Translations under genes and position numbers: made by a program | The notes under the pieces: model-generated | Database searches by the model: none | What the model was told of the DNA's origin: nothing | The model's input: only the letters and a program-made list of their open reading frames with translations | Assembly: GCA_002269645.1 (NCBI GenBank) | Contig: NIVC01002279.1 | Coordinates: 62,001 to 126,000, forward strand | Source: Macrostomum lignano | Taxonomy: Eukaryota | Direction of reading: 5' to 3' | DNA: 64,000 nt | Shown: positions 1 to 12,110 of the stretch, piece after piece | Position numbering within the stretch: the stretch's first letter is position 1 | How the letters are laid out: every line of letters starts with the position of its first letter

Positions 1-509
1 GAATTTAAAGTCAATGTCAAAGATACCTACTTTAGTTCCTAATCCTTCTTATAAGATTCTATAGATGCTTTAGCTACAGCTTCACTTACTTTTGCTACTA
101 TTACTATTTCAATGTCTTTAAAAAAGAAAAATCCATTTGATATCTTAATGAGAAAGGCCAAAAGGGGCTATCCAAGATGGCCAAGAATAGAATAGTAGCA
201 AAGAGAAATACCAAGACCAATGTGTGTCAGTGACTGCAACTGCAACTATCACTAATAGCCAGATAGCAATGCAAGACTGCCCAAAGTATTCACTTCTGTG
301 AGCCATATCTAGGCACAAATAAAAAATTAAAACATTGTTCAATTGTATAAAATGATGACTATCATAAAAAATGTCACTTAGAAAAGTAAATAAAAATATT
401 TGTTTACATTCTCAATCTGTAAGAAGTATGAAAATAAATGTGAAAAAAAAACTTCTTAGGCTCATTTTTTCTTTTACAATGCTAACTACAAGTACTAAAA
501 TATTCCCAC

Positions 510-855
510 TGCAGCTTTCTATGGTGCTTTCTGACTAGCAGCCACAGTAGCATTCTGTGGTACCTTTTGACCAGCAGCTAGAAAAGCTCTGTGGTACTTT
601 CTAACTAGCAGGCATAATAACTTTCTGTGGTACCTTCTGACAAGTAGCCATAAGAGCTCTCTATTATACTTTCTGACTAGCAACTGTAGTAGCCCTCTAT
701 GGTACTTTCTGACTAGCAGCTACAAAAGCATTCTGTGCTGCTTTCTGACTAGCAACTGCAGCAGCCCTCCATTGTGCTTCTTGACCAGCAGCTGCTGCAA
801 TACTCAGTGATATCTTAGGACTAGCAGCACTTGTCACTTTTTGTAGACTAGCAGC
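510..855. repeat. Degenerate tandem repeat (about 30-bp unit, core ttctgactagcagc)
   Basis: About ten decayed recurrences of (c/t)tt(c/t)tgac(t/c)agca; it accounts for the S/A/Q-rich ORF 697-882(-). Boundaries approximate. Confidence 0.6.
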
Positions 856-3800
856 CATATGATAGTATAATATTAGTTCCAAGAGTGCAACAACATTTGC
901 ATGTTTTCATAGGTAGCTTCAAAGTTTCATAAGCTTCAAAGCTCCAATGTTGACTCCTATTGTCCTATGTGATAAGCCCCTTCACACTTCAAAATTTAAT
1001 TTTGAAGACAAATGCAAACAAAAACTAAACAATGCAGTGAAATTGTTTTCCAAGTTGGTATTAACAAAGACAAAGGTGAATTCTGACTCTTGGCAAGCCA
1101 ATTATCAATGCCAAAAATTTGGTGTCGAACTAATAGCCTGTGAGTTTAATATGGCTATACCTAATAGTGAAGACACTATTCTGTGCTGCGAGCTCTATTT
1201 GCACCCAAAAGTGGTAAAGCAACTTAACTAGCTCCCACTAAATTATACATTGTGCAAGCTCACAGCATCATGTAATTATTGTTTTATATCATTTTATTGC
1301 ACTTAATTAAGAAGTTTAAAAACTTTTGAACTATTTTATTGTTTTAACAATTAGCAGATCTTATACTTATAGACATTATAACCCATAGACAAATAAGCAA
1401 TACTTTTTATACTATTTCTGCCTTGTCCCTATCTTTAGGAATCATAATTCTATTTGCAGCATCTTGATTAGCTATTGGATCACACTTGAAAAGATAAACA
1501 AACTACTTGCTGATGGCCCAAAATTTTCACAACTCTATTACACTATAGCACAACATCCCATCAATAGTAAAGAGACAAATCAGGCTGCTATAGACAAGCT
1601 CAATACAAAGAAAAGTCTGCTCTAGCACAAGTTAGCCATTGTTTGCAATTTATTAATATGTACTATAGAAAACATGGAAATTGCTTTTGGTGGGTGTCAC
1701 TATGAGACTCTAATGTCATTACTCACCACATATAGTGCTAACATTAGTAATATCTGTCATGGTTGGGTTTTAATGCTAAGTATTCTAGCTCAATAAAAAT
1801 GGTACATATTTAGTTTGAGTTATTGCTATCTATATTAACATTAATATAATTTATAATATTGTACTAAAACTATGCCAACCTTTTCTATCTATCAGTTTGC
1901 CACCAAATTTCTGTTTTATTTGTGATAAGAACACTGCAAGTAAGGCAGAAAATGGTTTTACTTTTAGAGTGATATAGTTAACTTACTAGTAAGTAGCAAC
2001 TAATTCCCCTTCCAATTTCTCATGTTATGCTTTTAATATCTACTATTATACTGCTAAGATGTTTTTATTGGGTATGAGACATTTGATATTCCTGATAGAT
2101 ACAACTCTGGATATTCATTTAGGTTGTATTGGAGTCAAATGTGCAAGTCATCACAACCTTTATAGCCTAGCAGTTTCTCATCTTAGCAATGAACCAATGG
2201 GATATAATTGAAAAATCCTATAGTGCATTCCATGTAGCCTTTCAAGCTGAAAATCCTTAGGGCAAGATTTATGAGCAGTTACGGTGCCAGACATTTAGAA
2301 ACAATTTTGTTTTCAATCTCCTATGCCTTTTCAATCTTCTGGCACCAGTGCAAGTATTGATGACTCTTGTCTCTTATATAGGACACCTAGTAACTACACT
2401 GGAAGGTGGTCACCCTCTAGGAAGAAGTTGCTAAGCTTTTCACATGTGGTCCAAGGGTTTTTGCAAATATTACCCATAGTATGATCATTGTGTTAATGAC
2501 ATTGAACTTGGTGGCCAGTTCAAAGGTGCACCTTTGCTTAAAGGTTGGCTAATTGAGTTGATATAGTCTAATGGTGTCAGTGCAACTTAATAGACTGATA
2601 ATGAAGCCTATCAGTATTTTCAAAAGCTACTACTAGTCAATTGGGTAATATGCAAGCAAGAAGCAAGAAATGAATCCAATGGTCCTTATAATAAAATACT
2701 TTTTTATTTTTTCTATAATAGAAATTTAATGCCATTTGAATTTTATTTTCCAATGTGCAATTTCTAAGATACCAAAGTAGCCAGAATTTTAAATGCATAT
2801 AAAAAATGTATACTTATATTTCTTTTAGAGGTGATTGTTAAATTGTTCTATTCAACCATGCACTCTTAGCAATAGCAGGATGACTGAAAAATAGCATATT
2901 GGAGCTATAAACAAAGATTTAATATATTTTGCTACTAGTTAATAATGATTTATGCAAAAAGTTCCTAGACAAAGCCACCCCAATCTATCTATTTTGCTAG
3001 AGATCTGCCATAGGGAGTCTAGCCATATTAGAATTCTTTTGTCAAAGACAGATGGCTTAATATTGTACAATGTCAATAAAGTTGTTGATAGGCAAAATCC
3101 CTTGAAATTGCACTTTTTTATAATGGTTGGTCTACAACTGTTAACATAAAATAAAAGTATATTATAAACAAAAATTATTAATGATTTTTACATTATTATT
3201 GATTGATAAACTTATATATATATTGATTGATTCTAGCTAGTCTTTAGGCCTTGTTCTGTCACTAATTTTTATTGGTTTAGAGCTTTTGCATAAGATATTA
3301 TATATTATATAATATTATTATACTATATAGCAATGGCATATATTGGTATATACAAAAAATGTGTTATTTTTTCTAGGGTATATATATAAATAGTGTTTCA
3401 AACTATAATATTGTTTTAGTAGATAAAATTAGGCTTTTCTCTATCTATTATTGTGGATTTAATTTTATCTTATTATCCTATTAATTAAAGGTATTAATTG
3501 CAGAACTATCTTTGGTTCTTGGTAGGGCAAGAAGCCAATAGGGTAAGATCTTATCAACCAAACAAGGGATCTTCAAAACCCAAGTGACTTTTGTTTTTAC
3601 TGTCTTATGGGGAATATATTTCAAGAGTCTATAAAAGTGACATATCATTTGAAAGAAGACATTCTCATCTAAAAAATGAGATAAAGTTTAGAGAATCTAC
3701 TTGATAGATACTTAAGAAAATTAGCATTTTTGATAGAAATTATTAAAGAAATACGCATTTCAGAGTTTTTTCTTGATTTGGGATGTCTGCAGAAGAATTG

Positions 3801-4324
3801 GTCTACAGACGACAATTTTTAACTTACATTCAAAACAAAACACTTTTTAAATTCAGTGTTAAATTTTCTACAAAGTAATATAACACACATACCAATCTGA
3901 TATATAGTTAAGCAGAAAACGCCAGTGTTTGGTTGATGATACCAAATTGCATGTTTGGTTTGGTTTTCAGATTTCAGAATCATCAACCTAACAGAAGAAT
4001 CTTTAAAACTGAACGAACAAAAATTGTCCAAAAAAACTTATTTCTTGCTTGCTTCTTCTAGGCCTAGCCTAATAGTTATTAATAGTCATTGATAGCTATT
4101 TTTAGCAATCATATATAGATTGATAAATCTATAGATCCAAATAAAGTAAAAAAATTATACTAAAGCTGTTTAACTTTAAAAATATTTGCTTAAGAGAGCT
4201 TTTTTTAATTTTAACTAGACTAGGCCTATAATAGATTAATATATAGCTATAGGGTTATGTTTAAGACAATATCTTATTTTAAAGCAATAAAGCCATAGGC
4301 CTACCCAAAAAGGTGTATATTATA

Positions 4325-7300
4325 CCTGGATGGAATTCTTGCAGAAAAATCACAACGCGTTATGCGATTGGGCGAAAAAAATGCGATTTTGTGTAAAAAA
4401 AATCAGGAAAAAATGTCTCGCAGAATTTCAGACAAAATTGCTAATTCTTAATATATGCAAAAGTGCGCTTGAGATATTGGATTTTGCTAAAGATAATCCT
4501 ACTAGCTAAGATCACGAAGAAAAAAGAATAAAAAGTAAAAACTAAATAAGGCACAAAAGTAAAAATTCGAAAAAATTCTATAAAAAGTAGAAACTCGTAA
4601 CATTCTCTAACATACGTATTTGGACGAAAATTCAAATCACTACATTTTCTTAGAATGCATTTTTCATTATTGTCTTATTGATTACTTTTTTAGATGAACA
4701 TACACATTACACTACACTGTTACATGTAGTTGTGGAATTTTGCTTCACGTTTTTAAACTTTATTGCTATACATTATAATACAAACAATTTCAAACAATGA
4801 ACATTGACAAGTCAATGTGTCGATGACATGAAGGAACTTTGTCAAATAAATATCCATACAAATACAATTATGCGACTATTCCATTCCATATGCGATGTGT
4901 CCCGTCTTAGCTCTCATTGGAGTCATTGCTCATCCCTAGAATATATTGTCACTGAGATATTGACTCTATGGACTATGCTGCGCTGCACTACTAGGTCTTA
5001 ACCACTTTTCTATCCCTTATGGCTATATTATATAAAATTTTCATATATACAATAGTCAATACAAAATAAAATATGTTACATTTATAATAGGTGTACTTGA
5101 AACCTGAAGCTTGAACACAATAGCTAGTTTCAATGAAAGAATCAAATCCAATGTTTATTGTTTGTTATGATTACAACTCAATTTTTTTATCAGTGACCAT
5201 ATCCATATGATTATTTGAAGTCTGATCTAGTCTTCTAGTTTAGTCTAGAAAAGTCTAGTAAAAAATTAATAATGTAATGTATTGTTGGTTTTTGGATAGG
5301 CATTAGAAGTAGATAAGATAATTACTACTGTGATACCAGATATAGTTTGTAATGCAAGTTTAAATATTTTTTCAGTGTCACTAAAATTTCATTCTGTTAG
5401 CTTTTCAGATATTCAATGAAACTATAGTTGTGACTATCAGCCTTAATAAAATGTCTGATTTGACACCAAGTCCACAACAAGACAATGCTCTTATGAGTGT
5501 AAGGCAAGAGTCTAATTCTGAAGACTCTGATGACTTGACTGTTATTGAACAAACTGCACAAACAAGTAAGACTGCTACTACTGGCAATGCTTCAGCCCAA
5601 TTTAGTTTTAGTAAGTGTTTTATTGCTATTACAGTGTTTTTTATATATTAATGTACTGTTTTGTGGAATAATTATATTGTCATAAAAAGTGAAAATTTTT
5701 TATAGATAGCTGGAGAACTTCTGCTTCTACTACAACTAGTTCTAGTACTAGTACAAGGCCAAGTGCTAGTACTTCTGGCTTAGCCTCAGCTGTACAAAAT
5801 CTACCAGAGCAAGAGGTAGAAAGCACTCTTGCAGATCCAGAAGCAAAAGCTGGTGCTTTTATTTGCAAAGAGTGCTACCAGATGAAAAAGGTAAGAATTA
5901 TTTTGTTAAAATAGTAGTATAGCTTACTGTTTTGATATACTGGTCATCCTCATTCTAAGGGTCTGGTTATAGTTTTCCCTCTAAAGTATTAACAAAGTAA
6001 CTATATTGCTTTAGAAACATTTGCCTCTTTTCTACCCATTAAACAGTACCACTGGGTCAGCAAAGAGGCCGATCGAAAGTGCCATATTCAGTCTTGAAGC
6101 CACACTGCCCCAACTTGCACTTTGCTGCAAAACTCTTCTGCTGCTGCTAGAAAGTTTGTGACAGGTTTGTTTTGATACTACTATGCATTCATTTCAATAC
6201 TTGTAACTAAATTGGTATCATTATACCAGTATCAGTCCTTGGGCCTTCTCACATCTGTAGAGCAAAAGCAGCGGGCCAGTGCTACTCTTTCTAAGCGGAA
6301 GTTGACTGCCCATGGCGACGAGGCTGAGCCAATCACGAAGAAGCTATCTCAAGTAGAAGTGGAATCGCAACGGCCAGAACCAGCAGTTGAGCAAGTTGGC
6401 AACTATGAGTCAGGGGGAATCAGCGAGAACATTGCCCGATCGCCCTCTGTCTTGGCCGTACAAGCTGGGACTGGGACTGAGTCAGCACAGGCACTGGATG
6501 AGCTTGCACCCAATTTAAAGAAGCTTTTATCCGATCTACTGAGTCTTGTAGCTGACGAGGTGCAAAAGCGAATGCTAGCAGTTAATGAGTCACAGTCACC
6601 AAGAAATGCCAATATCGCTGGTGCAAGTGACAACGTCACTAATACTGAGAGGTGGACTGCACTCAGTAACATCACCGAGCTGTGCAGAGCAGTCCCTGAT
6701 GTTGAGTTTTTCTTCGACGAGAAATCTGGCGAGTCTGTGCTCAGGTGCAAAACCTGTTGGTCCGATATGCATACCTAGCGGCTTAATAAGATGACCGTCT
6801 TTGAGTGCTGCCATCATTTTAACTTGTAAGTTAGTTTTCTTTGCAAAACTAGCAAAGTATGCACACCAATGCCAAAGTTCTCATTATTGCAACTACAGTA
6901 TCATACTGACCATCCATAATTTAGAAACGGAAACAGCACCTTTGGTACTGGTTGGTGGTACAACAAGAAAAAAACTGAGCTTCTATTAGCTGGTTTTTCA
7001 TCGGCAGATACAAGTTTTTGGCGCTCAGAAAAAGCGAAAATTCGGTCTCATCTACTAGGCTCCTCTGCGAGTGTGAATGGTGAAGAGCACACCAAAGCAT
7101 CAAATAAAGCTCGAGAAAAAGCAGAGCTAAACAGTCGCTGTATGGAAATCGCTAAGCGATTTGTTCGCTCTATGATTAAAATCGTACGAGCTAAGTCTGC
7201 TGCTGTACATTACGAAGACGAAATCACTGTCATGCGGCTTCAAGGATGTGACATAGGCAACCGAGGCCACGGAAGAAAGCAATTTAATATTCTGCTGGAA

Positions 7301-10300
7301 GCCGCTAATGAGTGGATCAATGAGGAAAACAGAAAACTTCTTTTAACCCCATTGCCATGCACAAATCTGCCGCCCCATTTTATGGGGATTCTGGATAAAG
7401 CTACCCAGACTCGTTGCACTAATCAGGCTGTGCTCATTGCAGTAATGATTAATGAAGAGAGAGTTGCACTGCCGATCGGTGCACCAGATGTTTATCGCCT
7501 TGATGTTGATGACAGCACTATGACTACAACCGACGATGCCCTCCAGTTGGATAGTGCCAGTGGCAGTGAAGGATATCCTGACGAAAGTGATGATGACAGC
7601 GAGTTGGACCAAGTGTTAAACTCAGATTATTCACAGCCTGAATCAGCTTACAATGTGACTGATACAGGCGGCTCCTTAGATCAGCTTGCTGAGCTTAAGT
7701 TTGAAACGTTCACCGAGGAGCTTAAACTGCCAAAGGAAGCGCTGGCACAATATCGTGGAACTAGTGCAGATGGCCAGTATCAGCATCCGAATTTTTCTAA
7801 AAGAATTATTGCATTGTCAGGTTGCCTCGAAATTGCGGACAGCACCTTGTTCCAGCCTGTGATTTGGGATGCTTCTCACCTATTGAATTTGGCAGTACTT
7901 GCCATTCGAGATGGAAAGTTTGGTTCCGTTCCTTCAACCTTTTTGACCAATTTTATTGCTCGCGCCAACAAGTTTCACAAAATCATGTCAAGAGGAAAAA
8001 ATTGTGCGCTTCTAAAAGTTGTCGCCAAAGCAATGGATGTAGCTCCCACAGCAACTATTGCATTTGCTACGCAACGCTTTGCCAGCTCTGCGAATCAGCA
8101 GTGGATTAAAATTGAGGTATCATTTCCACTGTTTGCAGCAACTTTTCGCCAAATCTATAGCAGCTCCCTTGCAGACGAAGACTTTGCTCTGCAGTACGAG
8201 CTTCTAGGCGCTGACTTCATCACTGATGTGTGCGGATTGCTGGATTTGTTCCGTCCACTTGTTCTCGTAAGTAAAAAATACTGTGTACATGTATTTGCTG
8301 TAATTTTTGGTGATGTAAATAATATTAATATAATACTGACCTTTATGTACTTAACTTTATATTTACATGTATCTCATATTTTTAGTTGATGGAGCTTTCT
8401 CAGAGCCTCTAGTTCTTCCACTGGAAGATTGTTTTTTGGGGTGAGAACCTTAAAAAGTGCCTGGCCAAAGCTGAAAAAGCAAAACCATTGTTGGACAAGC
8501 ATCTGGCTGATCTGCAATCATTCAAGTTCAAAGGCACAAACCTGGTGGTAGGGTGGTCTTGTGGTGCAGCCAAGCAAGAAATCGTGAATGGACAGCGGAA
8601 AACAGTCTATCACTGGACTGAAAGAACAGTTGACGAAGCCATTGCAGAAATCGCACCTGTTGCTGACGCTTTGCAGTCTAGTGTTCAAGACTGGCTAGAA
8701 CGCAGAACATCTCCTTGCTCAAGGATTCTATCCACATTCATGGACTTCGAAAGACTTGTAATCTGTCTGTGTGGTTCTAGAAGTCTACCGGCTGTTGAAG
8801 CTGCTGATGTTGATGCAAGCACTGTCAGCAAAGCAAAAGTGCATCAGCGCCAATGCTTTGACTTTCACACATTTGTAAAATCTGGTGAAAGCGAATTTTG
8901 CCGCTTATTTGAGTTTGTTGCTTCACTCCCACATATCCGGGAGGCAGCTGGCAAAGACTCGGAACTAGACGATTTAGTTCCTGGAATGCATGGCGTCATT
9001 CATGCTAAGTTTAAGGTAATTTGTTTGAAATATTTTTGTTAAGACAAGGCAGCACTAGTTAGCTTCATGTTAGAATCGAAACACTTAGAGCCCAAAGCTC
9101 AGAATAGTCGATATATTTATACAAGCATACACAAAGTACATATTAGGTAAGGTACATTGCTAGCAGGCCTAGCCTGATTGGCTGGAGAGAAAAGCACAAG
9201 CGCATAGGGTAAAGAGAATGCGAGAGCAAAGGAAAATATAGCCAGCGCAGACAAACCCAAACATAACCATTTTTCTTACATATACATGCAAATGCACACT
9301 TTTTTATCATTATTTCTATTTTCAGGGCCTCTTTGAGGAGCTCTTCTGGGGCAAGCTGGCGTCCTATGGAATTTCATGTTTTAGAGCAGCAAATACATCT
9401 GCTACTGCTGGAACCAACTCCAACAAGACAAATGCCTCACTGGTCAAGGGCCAGCTCCTCCTGTCTCTTTCGCTGGAGACAAATTCGTCCACCACAATTC
9501 GACCATATTTTCGTGTCGAAACTGATAAAGGGGAGTTTTTGAACTGCCTACTCGATGAGCAAAAATTGGTCCGCCTTATCTACACAGTACCAGAAGTGTA
9601 CAACACTGCCGGACGAGTGTGCTGTACCATCATCGACGTTGCTCTGAGCACTGGGGGCAGTGAGGCCATTGCAGAATCATTTTATGGCGTTATGCGAAGC
9701 CAACGCAAGCTTGGTCGCCAAGAAAATCGCAGCCTCGTTCTTCGAACAAAAGTTGACTGGTCACTGCCTCCATTGAATGATCAAGGAGAACGAGCAGTTT
9801 CTGGTATTGCTGCCAAGTACCTTCAGCGAGCTGTAGCTCCCGTTGCCTCCGAACAGCGCACCATTGAGGGCTATTTGCAAATGGGAGCTCCTAGTGTTGT
9901 TCAACAGCGAAAGAACAATGAGAAAGCCTGGTTGCCTCATTTGATTTAACAGTCATATTTCAATTTTTACTCTAGCTACAATTTTTATTTATTATTCATT
10001 GACCATTGATGAAGCTTTTATAGGTTCAGGCAGTAGCTAAGCCATTAAAAAACTTGTTTTTACCATTTTGCGACGTGCTAAGTACCAAAATAAAAAATGC
10101 GACCAATAAAAAATATTTTGCGCGCCATAAAAAAATCAAAGAGCTTGCGTGCATGGCCGCCGTTCACGTAAGCTCAGAATTGCGTGCACGGCAGAGCTAT
10201 ATCTTATAGGCTTATACAGTAAGTCATATACTATTCGAATTAATATTCAAGTTAACAAAAAAAACAATGAATTAAGATTACATTTGCAGTCCATGGTGTA

Positions 10301-10587
10301 CGGGGGATAAAACATTATAAAACAATATAGTAAAAATATATTTTTTAATTAGGTTTGCCAATGCCAATGCGTGGATTTAAGGGCCCCAGTCCCGGCCAAT
10401 TGCCGGCTGCCGTGCACGCAATTACAACACTAGGTGTACGGCTGCATACATGCAAATAAAGCACTAGGTAGATAGCCGCCGTGCACGCAATTCTGAGCTT
10501 ACGTGAACGGCTGCCGTGCACGCAAGCTCTTCGTAAAAAAATCGCATAATTCTGTTTGACTTAAGAAATACAAGAATTCCATCCTGG
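4325..10587 (+). mobile_element. hAT-like DNA transposon, 6263 bp, full length
   Basis: Perfect 8-bp TSD ATATTATA at 4317-4324 and 10588-10595. 17-bp TIRs CCTGGATGGAATTCTTG (4325-4341) and CAAGAATTCCATCCTGG (10571-10587), one mismatch. Subterminal inverted TTATGCGATT (4360-4369) / AATCGCATAA (10540-10549). Contains a DDE transposase gene. Confidence 0.9.
5451..9949 (+). pseudogene. hAT-like DDE transposase, 7 exons, about 1207 codons, three in-frame stops
   Basis: Exons 5451-5610, 5706-5890, 6047-6164, 6261-6825, 6925-8266, 8386-9015, 9326-9949; all GT-AG, phases match, total 3624 nt. Motifs ILDKAT (D1), SADGQY (D2), WDASHLLNL (C/DxxH), ATQRF, GSEAIAESFYGVM (E). Stops TGA 6095-6097, TAG 6776-6778, TAG 8410-8412. 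The 5' exons are less certain than the catalytic core. Confidence 0.8.
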
Positions 10588-11315
10588 ATATTATAGCAGA
10601 AAATTGTAGTATATAAGCTTATAAACGTGCATACAGTGCCACACATGGTGTACAACAAGAGCCCAATTGATTTTTAGTGAACAGATAAAGTAGAATAGCA
10701 AATAGCAAAAGCTGATTAATAAGGCCTAGCTTATAATAGGTCACCCAAAATAAATAATCTATTATATAAAATATGCCCTATATAAAATATGATTTTAAAC
10801 ATATTTTTAAGCATAATTGTTTTTGAAGTAAGCCTATGTCAATTAGATAATTGTTTCTTGGTAAATAAAAAGCACAAATAAAATTAAAAATGGCATTTTA
10901 CTATAATAAAGTTTCAGTTAACTGATTTTTTTGATAATTTTTTAATGTAAACTAAAATAAAACATGGAGTTACTTTTAAATCTAAAAGAGCCTAATGCCC
11001 ATGGCTAAAGATCTATAAAAATTGATCCATTACTTTACAATTTGTTTTCAGCATGCATTTGTAATTAGGCCCTATTCAATTTTTGTTTGGGCATGCAGGT
11101 GCACCTAGCATGATCCAGACTATGGATTCTACCAAGTAAGCTTTTAGGCCCTACTAACACTTACTTAAAAATTAAATGCAGTGCACAATGCTTAAAAGGT
11201 AAAAAATATGTTAAGGCTTAAGCTTAAGCAAGGGTGGGGTAGGCTGGAGGCCCTTGACTGACAACCACCTCATAACCTAAGGTCAATTGATTGGTCAAAA
11301 TGGGAGGGAACCAAT

Positions 11316-11420
11316 CAAAAGGGCGACAGTCAAAAGGGCGATAGTCAAAAGGGCGACAGTCAAAAGGGCGATAGTCAAAAGGGCGACACGCGACAGTCAA
11401 AAGGGCGTCAGGGCGACAGT
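11316..11420. repeat. 15-bp tandem repeat CAAAAGGGCGA(C/T)AGT, about 6 copies
   Basis: Directly visible. May be one arm of a foldback or MITE; no inverted partner found in the window. Confidence 0.8.
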
Positions 11421-12110
11421 TACTGTGTTACTGTGTATTTATTGACATGCATTAGAAGCTTGTATTGGTTAAAATTTACAAGTAGTTAGATGCACCAAGA
11501 TCAAAATTTAGCAAGAATATTGTAAGAGTAGGCCTAGTAGGATGTAGTAAGAGTAGTAAGATCAAAATAATATAAAACCTCACGTCCTCACGAGACACGA
11601 GTCACCAGTGGAAAGTGGGAATATTGAATTTTAATCTGTAAAATATTTCAAACAATTAAGTTGCGCTTAAATTTGGCAATGCATTGTTTTGTGTTTTCTA
11701 CTGAAAAACTAGCGAGTAACATAACTTCTATCACTTCTTTTTTGTTATAACTTTTGTTCAAAACCCGCACGAAGCTTGATTGATCGACTGACTGATGTTC
11801 CTTCAAATTTGACAACAAATCTTTTGTGATAGATAAATTGGCTTAAATTAATTTTGGGATATATATCGATCGTTTCTAAATAAACAAAACGAAAGCTTTC
11901 ACGCGACGTTCCAAGAATAAAAGTACAGTAGTAGTAGTTGGAAGGTGTGTGGGTAACCTGCCTAAACTTGTTCAGATAGCCTAAGCCAAATAGGGCTTAG
12001 GTCTACTGCCTACTTGGCCCTGGCCACCTAGCAATTTTTTCTTTCGTTTTTTTAACTTCTATGCTTAATCCTAACTCTAGCCTATTGTAGTTTTGACCCA
12101 GGCTTAAAAC

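Noticed and set aside
940-2700. Possible LINE or other retroelement remnants
   Set aside because: Only faint similarity (for example AAIDKLNTKKS) amid many stops; cannot be assigned.
6095-6097. In-frame TGA in the transposase as possible selenocysteine
   Set aside because: It is not at a Cys position of the finger, two TAG stops occur in the same gene, and no SECIS was seen after 9949.
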